A DNA stretch of 63,676 nt, filler included, from Octopus bimaculoides (Eukaryota), in NCBI RefSeq assembly GCF_001194135.2. It is 5 parts of 5 records of this genome, joined end to end, with 100 filler letters (N's around TTAATTAATTAA, not from the genome) between each part and the next. Parts side by side here need not be neighbours in the genome. Positions count along the whole stretch, not along the records: positions 1 to 30,192 come from NC_068981.1; 4 more parts are not named here. One strand, 5' to 3'. This document shows positions 1 to 11,779 of this stretch, piece after piece. The notes below the pieces were generated by a model. It saw only the letters and a list, made by a program, of their open reading frames with translations, had not been told where the DNA came from and searched no databases. Both the position numbers and the translations under genes were made by a program. Position 1 is the stretch's first letter; every line of letters starts with the position of its first letter.

Positions 1-205
1 GGCTTGTGCGGGTGGCACGTAAAAGCACCTACTACACTCTCTGAGTGGTTGGCGTTAGGAAGGGCATCCAGCTGTAGAAACTCTGCCAAATTTAGATTGG
101 AGCCTGGTGTTGCTATCCGGTTTCACCAGTCTTCAGTCAAATCGTCCAACCCATGCTAGCATGGAAAGCGGACGTTAAACGATGATGATGATGATGATGA
201 TGATT
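1..205 (+). mobile_element. SINE family A (GAT-repeat tail), 3' part
   Basis: Ends gacgttaaac(gat)n; homologous copies elsewhere in the window. Confidence 0.85.
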
Positions 206-940
206 CAATTGATTTTGTTTTAGCTGATGTTTGTCAACTAATTATCTTCTCCATTTTCTTCTTTGCCTTATAAACTCTGGGAAAACTTTTGTTTACCTCC
301 ACTCATACCTATTATTCAGTTATGCTTATTGCCTTACAACAGTAAGCATTTGGATATAAATACATAGGTATACATACAGTAGGATATAGGATATTTATTA
401 TCCTTTAGATGGTTGTTTAACCTTTAACTCATATAGACGTGTGTATATAAGAATTTAAAAAGTATGCTTTTCTCTTAGTCATAAAGATCGCTTCTTAGTC
501 TATTAGCTGAGTTAAAAGTTATTAGTAATTTGAAAAACTATTATCACAAAACATACATGCATATCTACATACATACATATAACTCACACACACTTGTATG
601 TGGGTGTGTGAAAATGTTTTGTGTATGTATCATTATAAACACTCTCAGAGTGTGACAGAATTTTTCACATTGAATATTTGTTTTTGTATTTTCTTGTAAT
701 GACATCATTACCACTGTTTATCATCAATACCAACATAACCAGTATCACCACCAAAACCAATACAACCTATCACCATTTCTAACCCACTAATTCATTAAAT
801 GACCAACAACAGCAACAATAGTATAAACAAGATAACACCATCTAAAAAAAAAATGCAGTACCTTTGTGTATTTTAAATGTTGAATGAAATGTCTGATCTT
901 AGGTCAATGAGGATTGACTTGAAACAACAACAATACCATT

Positions 941-1423
941 CATCATCATCATCATCCTCGTTTAACATCCGCTTTCCATGCGAGCATGGGTTGGACGATT
1001 TGACTGAGGACTGGTGGAGCCTGAAGGCTATACCAGGCTCCAATCTGATTTGGCAGAGTTTCTACAGCTGGATGCCCTTCCTAACGCCAACCACTCTGAG
1101 AGTGTAGTGGGTGCTTTTACATGTCACCCGCACGAAGGCCAGTCAGGCGGTACTGGCAACGGCCACGTTCAAAATGGTGTATTTTATGTGCCACCTGCAC
1201 AAGAGCCAGTCCAGGGGCACTGGCAACGATCTCGCTTGAAAGTCCTTACACATGCTGTGGGCACAAGTGCCAGAAAGGCGACGCTGGGCACAGGTGCCAT
1301 CCCGCTTTCGCTTGCCCCAATAAGTCTTTACAAGCTGAGTTTCGTGTCCAATGAAGGAGACGACGTTGGCACGGGTGCCAGTCGTCGAATTTAGTTCGAT
1401 TTTGATTTCACTTGCCTCAACAG
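941..1423 (-). mobile_element. SINE family A, long copy
   Basis: (cat)n tail at left end; near-identical to 20761-21050 and 1-205. Confidence 0.88.
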
Positions 1424-1879
1424 GTAAGAACAATATGACTAGGGCCACCACCATCGCCAACATGAAAACCAATACAAACACCACCACTGACACTACAACA
1501 GTGATAATAGTATCAGTGAGGATAACAATATCCATAACTACATAGGTTTTTTTTTTTACTACATATTAGTTGTGGCTAATTGTTGATTGGATTTTCCTAC
1601 AGTTCTAAATGTCCGAGCAAAGGATTACACTAGATATTAAATTTGATGTTTTAAAAATTTTGATGCAGGAGAAAAAAAATCAGCCACATTGCCAAATGTG
1701 AAATCTTGTAATAGTGGAAAGAATTCATGACAATAGAGAGAAAATTAAGTCAAATATTCAAGAAGTTACTCTATTAATGTTCAGACCTTATGATCTAATA
1801 TGATGCTTAAAATGGGTTGGTCCTCTAGTGTATGGATCAAGTATCAGATTTAACATATGCCAATAAGCACAATGGTAAT

Positions 1880-2660
1880 TTAAAAAATCCAAAAGTTTGT
1901 ATGATGATTTTCAGAAATAGGATGGTAAAACTTCTAATGAAACTTCTTTTCTGGCTAGTAAAAGCTGGTTTGAAAGGTTTAAGAAGCACTTGAATTTGCA
2001 TAACTTAAAATTGACTAATGAAGCTGCCAGTGCTGATACAAAAGCTGCCGCTAATTATTTTGAGCAGTTGAAAAAAATAATTCCTAGTGGGGGTTACACA
2101 TCAGAGCAAGTATATAATCTTGATCAAACCCCTTTTCTTGAAGCTCATGCTCACTGGAACTTTTATTTCTCAAGAAAGAAGAATCAACACCAGGATTTAA
2201 AACTCCCCAGATCATCTGACACTTCTTAGAGGAAATGCTGCTGGTGAAATGAAATTAAAGCCCCCCCCTACTCTTGCATTGCTTTCAAGGGTTACATAAG
2301 GTTTAATGTGCCTCTGATTTGGGGTTTAAATAAGAAGGCATGGATGAAGAGGCTATTTAAAGGGTGGTTTACAAACATTTTGCATCCTGCTGAAATATTA
2401 TGTGCCAGTCATTTTTCCAACAACATATTGCTCGTTTTAGATAATGCATCATGAGCTTCCAGATATGAGATTAGAATACAACTTCTTTGCTCTGGCTAAT
2501 GGATCAAGGTGTGATAGCTATCTTCAAAGTATTTTATCTGTAAAGAACATATATGTAATGTATAAAAGCAGCTGGAAGAAGTTGAACATAATGAATGCTA
2601 TGGATAACGTAGCTGAGTCATGGGATGAAATGAAATCCCCCAACCAGTTGGAAAAATATA
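1880..2660 (+). mobile_element. Degenerate pogo/Tigger DDE transposase relic
   Basis: Frameshifted motifs WFERFKKHLNLHNLKLTNEAASAD, VYNLDQT, GNAAGEMKLKP, LLVLDNAS; boundaries approximate. Confidence 0.85.
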
Positions 2661-3045
2661 TGTCCAAACTGTATTTATATGTGTCTTTGTGTGAAGTAAA
2701 GTGTGTGTGTGTATATATGGTCATGTGTTTCAGTCTTTCTTTGTGTATGTGTGTATGTATGCTTGTCTATTCATATAACCTATGTACCTATCCGTCTGTA
2801 TGTTTATCTGTTTACTTTCNNNNNNNNNNATGTACCTATCCGTCTGTATGTTTATCTGTTTACTTTCCTATCCATATGCTTACATACATGTGCATATACA
2901 TATATACATACACACACACACACACATACATACATCTATCTACATAACAGCACAGTAACTATTCTACTCTACCTGTATAAACTGTGGGTATAGAGGTATG
3001 ATATCTACTATGTATATTTCCTATTTAGTATTGGGGAAATTTCAT

Positions 3046-4480
3046 TTATGAGGACATACTCCTGTATTTGAGTTTTGGGTCCTTTGGGTGCTTGGATAAG
3101 ATGTGGATGTCAAGTTGACCGAGGTTGCTTCCATATTGGTCCTTGGCATGTTGGTAGAGTATGGAGGACTGTTTTTTGTCTTCATATTGTCTCAAATGTT
3201 CATTCAGTTCCACAATGCTCCTAGATGTCTCCTCTATGTATGTCATGTTCATGTCTTTACAAGCACCTTCTATGCATCTTATGCTGTAGACTACATTTCT
3301 AGTTTTACAGTTAATGCCAGGGCTAATCCTACATCCCATGCAATTATCATTGGTGCATATGGTATTCTCAAAGGGGTACGTCCTACATAGTTGTGATCTG
3401 ATGGAGTTCCCTGGCTTTTCAACAATCTTAATGTTGAGGTTGGTCTCCTTCAGAGCTTTCCTAAATCTACGAGCTAGTTCTCCATGGGTTATGGCCTCTT
3501 CAAACATCATTCCTTGATATTTGTCGGTTTTATACCACGTGTTCACCCTGTTTGCTTTGTCACAAGTTCTTTGTATCCTATTCCAGTCTTTGTTTCTATA
3601 TCTAGGGCAGATACCACTGGTATCATTACATATAATGTTATCTAATTTCTTTCTAGCACCCCTGTATACTCGAACCCTATCATTCTGATCATATGCAGAG
3701 AATTGCATACGGTGCATGAAGTTCTGTACATATTTTGTCATTTCATAGGGTTTGCATAGTGGGGACACGTTGTTCATTATCTTAACTAAGTCTGCTATCA
3801 GTATGTTAATTTTCATGTTGTGTGGCAAAGCTTGAGTTCTTGTGAACAACATATTTGGAAGTTTCATGTAATAGGAGTGGAGGAGCTGCACTCTGTTGTT
3901 CACAGTCTCTAACCAAAGTTCAGTATCAAGGATGGGGAGTCTATTTGTTGGGGTGCCTAGTGGGGTAATCTATGGTTACCTTGATACTTTGGTGGATGGA
4001 GTTAGCTACTTGCTGGATGCTCTCCATTATGTTCATCTCAGTTTCTACATTACCATTACTAGAGTTGGTCTTAACTATGATATTAATGTCATTTACATAC
4101 CTACTGTAGAGTAGAAGAGTTGTGGACTGTTCTGCTAAAGATTGCTTAAGTTTTCTGTCCCACCAGGTCATGAAGAAGCTGGCCACATCTCCAGCTACAC
4201 CGACACAAATGGCTGCACCTTGAACCTGCGTGTATAGTTGTTTGTTAAACTTTACTATGTGGTTCTTACACTGGAGCCTATTGCATGTGTAGTCACTTAT
4301 TTCACTTGATGGTTGTTCTCAGGGTTTTGAGTGGGTACGGTCCAGCCACTCCAGCACTCTGTGATGCTTTTCTTCACTGCTGAGGTGATGGTGGATAGTC
4401 TTCCCCTCTGTGACCTGGTCAGAGTGATCAGATTTTCACCGTGACACCATGAACACTTTGAAATTACATTTCCAATCATT
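3046..4480 (-). mobile_element. Penelope-like retroelement, 5'-truncated: RT remnant plus GIY-YIG endonuclease
   Basis: GAAICVGVAGDVASFFMTWWD...SRYVNDI RT core; 285-aa ORF ending CKTRNVVYSIRC...YIEETSRS...EH...HPKDP; several frameshifts. Confidence 0.92.
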
Positions 4481-4680
4481 TAAACCACTTTGAATATTAT
4501 TTTAGCAAGTTTAAAGTGATTTAGTTTGTGCCATAAACCATTTGTCATTTCCATGGTGCCTCCTTCCTTTGATGCCTTAAGCAAGTCCTTATTTTGCATA
4601 ATGGTTAATCCAGCTCTGTTCCTACACTTTGATCCTTGGAGCTTACCTATACATACATGCACACATACACACATACACAT

Positions 4681-5031
4681 GTTGGCACTCCGTCGCTTAC
4701 GACGTCGAGGGTTCCAGTTGATCCGATCAACAGAAATTAACGTGCAAGTGGCTGAGCACTCCACAGACACGTGTACCCTTAATGTAGTTCTCGGGGATAT
4801 TCAGCGTGACACAGTGTGACAAGGCTGGCCCTTTGAAATACAGGTACAACAGAAACAGGAAGTTAGAGTGAGAGAAAGTTGTGGTGAAAGAGAACAGCAG
4901 GGTTCGCCACCATCCCCTGCCGGAGCTTTAGGTGTTTTCGCTCAATAAACACTCACAACGCCCGGTCTGGGAATCGAAACTGCGATCCTATGACCGCGAG
5001 TCTGCTGCCCTAACCACAGGGCCATTGCGCC
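4681..5031 (-). mobile_element. tRNA-derived SINE family C
   Basis: Pol III A box (tggccctgtggttagg) and B box (gtttcgattcc) at the 5' end; diverged copy at ~11440-11760. Confidence 0.85.
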
Positions 5032-5084
5032 TCCCTCACACACACATATATACATATATATATATACACACACACACATGCATA

Positions 5085-5356
5085 TAAGGGTACAGGACAT
5101 CACCAACAGTAAACAAAATGAAATACGAAAACAAATGAGTTCAATACGCAAACAATGAGAGGAACAAATGGAAAACAAAAGAAGTAACACAAAGAACGAC
5201 CTTCATCAGTTGTTAGCTGTCATTTCAAGCATTGAATGACAATATGAGTCTTCGAACACAGTTGGTCCTATAAGTAACAAAATAAAATTTTGGATTTATA
5301 GAGGGTCAAAGTTGGGAACAAAAACAGGACAGTGAAGACATACAAGGAAACCGAAC
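5085..5356 (-). mobile_element. Short repeat between TA/CA microsatellites, possibly Penelope-terminal-repeat derived
   Basis: Pyrimidine-rich on the minus strand; contains CTGATGAAGG at 5209-5200. Confidence 0.35.
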
Positions 5357-5380
5357 TATATATACATATATATATATATG

Positions 5381-5659
5381 GAGTGAAGGTGCATGACCTA
5401 GTGGTTAAGGTATTACAACTCACAATCGCTAATTCCTGGTTTCATTCCCAGACTGGGTGGTACATTATATTCTTAAGCAAAACTCTTCATTTTACATTGC
5501 TTTGTGATCATTTTTCAACATCTGATGTACGGCATACTTGTGCACTTGTATAAGCAATGTTGATTTATTGGAGTGAGTGAGCCACTGTACAGCATGTCTG
5601 ATTTGATTACTATAAACAAATCATTTGTGCCAAAAACTGAACACTTTGATGGGAGATCT

Positions 5660-5665
<6 letters not shown>
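5381..5665 (+). mobile_element. Old tRNA-derived SINE
   Basis: Degenerate A box (gacctagtggttaag) and B box (gtttcattcc), flanked by (TA)n. Confidence 0.6.
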
Positions 5666-5730
<65 letters not shown>

Positions 5731-5734
<4 letters not shown>

Positions 5735-5848
5735 AGGTGCATGCCAGATGTTTTAAGACATTTACTAAAATTACAATAATCTAGGACAGTTATAACTGCC
5801 TTTCCAAAAAAAAAAAAGACTCTCAAAACTTCTGGAATGCACCTCGTA
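5731..5848. mobile_element. ~118-bp mariner-type MITE
   Basis: TIRs TACAAGGTGCATGCCAGATGTTTTAAGA vs (rc) TACGAGGTGCATTCCAGAAGTTTTGAGA with TA termini, next to a (TA)n tract. Confidence 0.8.
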
Positions 5849-7371
5849 TATTTGGAAGGTGGGTTTTTTCATACTAGCAGTTCCCTAGTCCTCTTTAATA
5901 ATGAATCTCCAGTATTGCTTTACTTATGCTCTTCAATAAAAATGTGTGATCTCTTTGCAACACCACATTCATTTAAAAGGCACTTCGATTTATCAAGTTG
6001 TCTTTGTTTTCTCAACCACCTATTACTGACTATCCAACCACATATCTTGCTATACATGCATATTCAAGGAGGAGTTTATTCATCCTAACAGTTTTGTATT
6101 CTTCACAGAACACTATACAGATATGAAATACAAAATTAGGCTTTTCACTGTTGCATTCAATGTTTTGGGTACCAGTAAGATGTTTTAAGCGCATTTATAA
6201 TAAAAGTTTTTCATGAGAACTTCAGTAAGCAAGGCTTAACATTGGTTGTATGATATATATTTTTGTTGTAGTATCTTTTGGTCTAATTAGCCATACAACT
6301 TTACATATATGGTGTATATATAACCTGAAGCTCTTAAGAGTTTTTGATAGTTTGCTTTTTAAAAACTTGTTTACCTATCAATTAATATTCCAATGTAAAA
6401 CCAAATTTCATTTAGATTTACTTAAATAGAAACATTTTTACAAAAGCAAAAAATTCTTTAGATAACAAAGTACTCCAGGCTTGGTAGCTTATGTCAGTTT
6501 TGTTGAGCTTTTTCCCCTGATGATTTCAGATGTTCAAAACTTGTTATATATTTCTTTTCTTTTTGCCCATAGACAGACGAAGTACACTACTCAATCTACT
6601 TTCTCTGGTCTCTTTGACAACCACTTCTAATCAAATAGAATCTAACTGTAAAATCAGCTTCCATAAATTCTCATCTTCACATTCTATAATACAGAGATTC
6701 TAAGTGCACTGCTTTTAGACAGCCAATTAGACACATTTTAGACAGTTTCTCTATACATTTTGGGTTCTTTTCATTTTCAGCCTTATGGAGGTGTTCTACA
6801 GCTACTCCACTGGAAAAGGATCATTCTCAGTAGTCCTCATTATTTGAGTGTACCTAAGGTCTCATTGCTAGGTATTTTTCCCACTCCCCTCAACTACTGC
6901 ATCTTTCTGTGACACTATCACTATGCTTATTATCTGTTAACTATTGGACTTAACCTAAACATTAAAACTTATTAACCCAACCCATTTGTCTCTATCCTCC
7001 AATCTAATGAGCCTTTACTTTTTAGACTAAGCTGTGAGAGGAAAATGATTTAAAATGTGGCTTTTACTCTTTAAGACTGCAAAAAATTTGACAGGTTGAA
7101 CAAATTAAGTGATTAGGTAGAAACGCTTTTTGCTACATTTTTATAAGAGTAATAATTAAACTGAATTAAATTAAGATCAAATACCCATATCTTGGTTACT
7201 TTATTTTAGAAGCTCTATTAATGATTTCTAAATAACTGTGTTGCAATTTAACTAGGTATAGAATTATAAGCATTTCATTTTTGTGTTAAACTTCTCTAAA
7301 AATTTGCTATAATAATGTTGAATGTAACAATATATTTGATTTTAATAATATCAATGTGGTTTCATTTTCAG

Positions 7372-7437
7372 AAATTAGATATAATAACACCACTACAATT
7401 ATACTTTAATCCAGATTTGATTTTCAAAAAGTACCAA
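7372..7437 (+). CDS. DERL2: Derlin-2 coding exon (KLDIITPLQLYFNPDLIFKKYQ); preceding first exon not found in window
   Basis: ttttcag acceptor and CAA|gtaagt donor; 66 nt, phase 0/0; translation matches the derlin-2 segment (Q)LELITPFQLYFNPELIF as I recall it. Confidence 0.93.
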
Positions 7438-8324
7438 GTAAGTATATTATTTGTGTCTATCATATTACTATGAGCATGTTTTTTTCAAACCTTAATAACT
7501 GAATAATCTCAAATGAGATTAAGACTGCATGTGTGTGTATATATGTATATACACAAGGCTGTGAAGAACAGTTTTGGTGTTTGTAGCTGACAATACTACA
7601 ACACTGTAGAAATGCATGCATCCTATGACCAATGTTTTTCAACAACATATTGTCAATGAGGAGATTTTTCTCCCAAAAGCATTTCAGTAACTAAAGGTTT
7701 TCCTGCATTTGAGTGTACATAAAAGTGTTCGTATACATGCACATAGTTTATTCAGCGCTAGTTCCTGCAACTCTAGTTTGTTCTTATATTCATGTCTGTA
7801 TATTCTTCATGTGTCTGTGCCTCTTCATTTTGATATGAGATTGTTATAAATGAGAGACACTGTCATACATGTCTGGTCATGAGGAAATTTTAATATGCTT
7901 GAAAACAGGTGATAGTTGATACACACACCTCTTCATTCACTTTCCATCTACCAAATTCCATTCACAAAGCTTCAGTCAGTCCATGACTATTTTAGAGGAG
8001 GACACTTGCCTGAGGTGTCATGCGTTATTTCTCTCTCTCTCTCATGCATATACGTGTGTGTGAATTTATTCTTCATTAAGTAACCAAAATAACTCTGCCA
8101 AGATGAAATAATACTACAATAGATCTTTCTTTTAAGGTTTTTTTTTTTCAAATTTGAAATAAAATAAAATTCACTAATCAATATATTCATAAAAAAAGTA
8201 ACTTCTATAAAATCTAGTTACATGATATGCCTATAGTGTTGACTAGAAAACTATCAAAGTGAATAGAAACAAGAATACCATATCTGTCATTGCTAATTTA
8301 TTTCCTCAGTATTCTTTGCATATA

Positions 8325-8844
8325 CAAGGTCTGATCAAAAAGTATTGGGACTTGTGCTATAAAAAGACAACTACAACACACATCAGTTCAACATTTGATC
8401 TCCTTCAAAGTAATCCCCTTCTGAAGTGACACTATCCATCATCGTTTTCATTGATGGAAGCATTCCTCGAGCTCCTTTTTTTGGGATAGTGAGCAACTTC
8501 CCCCTTGACATTTTCAATGTCTTGAAATCTTGTTCCTTTCAAGTGGGATTTGATTTTCAGTGAGATTCTTGGCTGTATTAACCTTCAAGCTGCATCTCTT
8601 TCCACATACACATATTTTCTCTGCCGTGGTCACTGATGGAATCTCTTTGGTGTGGTGAGGTGGCCATACTCTACACACTTTACTTTGAAGCGTTGCTATA
8701 AACAACAGAAGTGAGTGTGAGAACATTATAAATTAATGTGCATGTGTGACAGAGTTCAAGGTCAATCTGTGATAAGCAGTTCCACTCTGCATATTTTAGC
8801 TGTTACCATAGCAGCAGTCTCGATACTTTTTGATTAGACTTTCA
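8325..8844. mobile_element. Internally deleted mariner-family element, TA target duplication
   Basis: TIRs (TA)CAAGGTCTGATCAAAAAGTATTGGGACT vs (rc) (TA)TGAAAGTCTAATCAAAAAGTATCGAGACT. Confidence 0.82.
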
Positions 8845-9250
8845 TATACAGAAGTTATATTTATTAAATATTGATAAACTCTACAGAGTTTACCAGTCTT
8901 CCTTTTCACTAAAGCTCTGAATCTGACCGATTAATGTGCTAAATAAACAAAAAAAAAATACAAATGGTGCTTCCAGAATTGTTTAGTAATATTATTATTC
9001 CTCTTTCCAGTTAACTTCCCTTAGCTTAATATAAAAAAGATAAAAGAAATTTAGGCTGTATCCAGCTATAAGTTTGTTGATGCTATAGAGATTTTGATCA
9101 GTTGAAATTTATATTGTTTTACTCATTCTTTAAATTTGTTTTATATTTTACTGATGCTAAATTAAAAACTGATGCTCATTTCATAAATCCAACATATATT
9201 TTCTGATATATGCAAATTTCTAAATATTTTTAAATATTTTCTGTCTCCAG

Positions 9251-9418
9251 ATATGGCGGCTTCTTACCAATTTTATGTATTTTGGACCTATTGGCTTCAA
9301 TTTTATTTTCAACATAATTTTCGCCTATCGTTACTGCCGTATGCTGGAAGAAGGGTCATTTCGGGGACGTACATCTGACTTCTTTTTTATGTTTCTTTTT
9401 GGAGGATTTATAATGATT
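9251..9418 (+). CDS. DERL2: Derlin-2 coding exon ([56 protein letters not shown])
   Basis: ctccag acceptor; 168 nt open frame with the derlin WR motif and [14 protein letters not shown] signature; donor gtatccttt. Confidence 0.97.
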
Positions 9419-10851
9419 GTATCCTTTACTAAATGAATTTATATACTTCTATCATTATCATTCTTTTAATGTGTTTTTTCTTGCTGGTATGGGTTTGATG
9501 GATTTGTAGACAGCATATCACTTCTCAAAAACCTTTGTTCTTCATCCACTGTCAGCTTGCTGATTATTTTTAATTAGCTAATGTTATCTATTTACATTAC
9601 ATACTATTATATATATATATATATTTTTTATTTGGTTACTCAGGGGACTACAGTAGGGTGCCAAATTTGACTAATTTTAATATTTGTTTCAAATTGATTT
9701 AAAAGTTTACTTTTTACTATAACATTGAAGGTACAGAACAAAATTACAACTCTAGCCTGAGTGGGCAATAAGAGGCTTGTGAGCCCTTGGAGCACGTAGG
9801 CCCATAATCTCAATAAAATCAATAACATTCAAATAGCTCTAATATTTGAATTGTTGATACAATTTGAACATTTGCTTTTCGGTGAAGATCTGCAGTCATG
9901 CCTTCAATTATTTTGTTTCTATATAAGGTATTGTGTATGTGATGTCACTGTAAATCTTTTAAAATCAGGTTATTTTAGATTTAATTCAAAAATACTGGGG
10001 AACAAAAAGATATCTTCAAATACACTATTAAAACAAAGTTTGTGAGAGAGGGCTTCACATTGTATTTGCTCTGTTGGTTGCTGTGAGGAATCTTTTCTGT
10101 AGGTTGAGGTGGTCTGACACTTTCAAAGAACCTGAAATTACTAAGAGGTAGCAGCAACATCGTTTTTGAGAGCATCAGATTCAGTGAGGACGTTTTAAGC
10201 TCACCAAATTATTGTTGTAATTCTTGACAACTTTTGAAGCTACATTCTGAAGTAAAGATGGTCTTTGATGACAGAATTGTCATAGCTTACTGAAAGAAAC
10301 CAAATGTACAATTCTGGCTACTCATTTATAACACATCACCAGCTCATACTCGTATACAATTATATCAGGAGCAAAAGTTCAACCTCATGATTTTCTACTT
10401 CAAATTCCTTGTACCTTTAAAGAAGAGTTTGTACATAGGATACTATGTGATAACTGGATGCAATTGTTATTTTTCATCAGTCCCCATTGATCATACATAT
10501 GAGAAGGTGAATAAAAGAAGGAAAGGAATTGGTGAAGTAATTGTTATCACTTAAAACTCTACTATATAAGGTAGCTGGATTTTGGTTAGGCCACAAATTA
10601 GTTATGTTGTAGAATAATTCATAGAGATAATATTTTTTTCTAATGATGTAGTTAGGTTTTATTATGAGATGAAAAGTGCAGTTCAACACTCTTTTTAGTA
10701 TTATGTTGGATATCATTCTGAGCATAAGAAATCCCTTTGAGAAAACTAGCATAGACTAGGTAACACTAAACTGTGAAGTAACTGATAATAAGTCTGGTAT
10801 AGTTGTCCTGTTCATATTTTAGAATCTTTTTTTCCTTAATATCTCTGTAAG
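9419..10851 (+). other. U12-type (minor spliceosome) GT-AG intron of Derlin-2
   Basis: 5' splice site GTATCCTTT; branch-point motif TTTCCTTAAT at 10831-10840, 11 nt before the 3' splice site; no real polypyrimidine tract. Confidence 0.92.
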
Positions 10852-11050
10852 ATCAACACAATACTGATTGGAAATATCGCCTTCTTGGGAAATGCCTTCA
10901 CTATAATGCTGGTGTATATCTGGAGTCGACGAAATCCCTATGTCAGAATGAATTTCTTTGGTCTTCTAAATTTTCAGGCTCCTTATTTACCATGGGTACT
11001 CCTGACATTTTCTCTCCTGTTAGGTAACTCTGTTGCTGTAGATCTTATGG
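10852..11050 (+). CDS. DERL2: Derlin-2 coding exon ([67 protein letters not shown])
   Basis: 199 nt, in frame with the previous exon; WSRRNP and [10 protein letters not shown] derlin motifs; donor G|gtaagt, phase 1. Confidence 0.97.
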
Positions 11051-11439
11051 GTAAGTAAAATCAACATTATGAGTATAAAATCAATACCTCAGGTGGTTGG
11101 AACATGTCATCCTGGGAAGGCAGTTCATTTAAGAGAGGGCAAACTTTGGTTTCAGACCATCACTGACTTGCAGCCAATCCACTGGGGTAAATCCTTATGA
11201 AATATGCAGAGCCATGGTCTCTAAGGACCACAGCTATGAATTTTCAATGTTGTTCTCAACTTTTTTCTGGCAACTTTTGGGCCAACATTATTAGTGCCAA
11301 GTTGTACCAGCATTTGCCCTTCTTTCAGACAATATCAGTGGTCTGGAGAGGGGTGAATTGCTGTTGGTCTTCCATTCAACTTTGATTAGGCTTGCACCAG
11401 AGAGACAACATTCAAGTGTTACCTCAGCACAACATACCT

Positions 11440-11760
11440 GGCACACCATCGGTTATGACAGCAAGTGTTCCAGTTGATCTGTTTAGTGGGACAGCCTACT
11501 CATGAAATTAAAACGTGCAAGTGGTTGAGCAATCCACAGACACGCGAACACTTAATATAGTTCTCAAGGAGATTCAGTGTCACACAGAATGTGACAAGGT
11601 TGGCCCTTTGAAATATAGGCACTACTCATTTTTGCCAGCTGAGTGGGCTGGAACAATGTGAAATAAAGTGTCTTGCTCAAGGACACAACATGCTGGTGGG
11701 AATCAAACTGATGACCATACAATTGTGGGCCAAGTACCCTAACCACTAAGCCACACACCT
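11440..11760 (-). mobile_element. Diverged SINE related to family C
   Basis: Shares the ccctttgaaata / gtgacaagg / ccacagacac blocks with 4681-5031. Confidence 0.75.
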
Positions 11761-11779
11761 TCACAGCAGAACATGGAAG

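Noticed and set aside
1014-1394. 126-aa ORF (and the similar 20821-21222 ORF) that look like duplicated genes
   Set aside because: Both lie antisense within SINE family A copies; the similarity is repeat homology.
2782-2867. Exact 38-bp direct repeat around a 10-N gap
   Set aside because: Typical unresolved contig overlap, so probably an assembly artefact.
4995-5031. tRNA-like sequences here and at other SINE heads as tRNA genes
   Set aside because: A/B boxes run directly into SINE bodies; no complete cloverleaf.
5200-5209. CTGATGAAGG on the minus strand as a hammerhead core
   Set aside because: No stem II plus GAAA follows, so at most a half motif.
6560-6640. Pyrimidine tract + AG as a possible Derlin-2 first or extra exon
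   Set aside because: No frame resembles the expected derlin N-terminal peptide and stops follow quickly; exon 1 is presumably upstream of the window.
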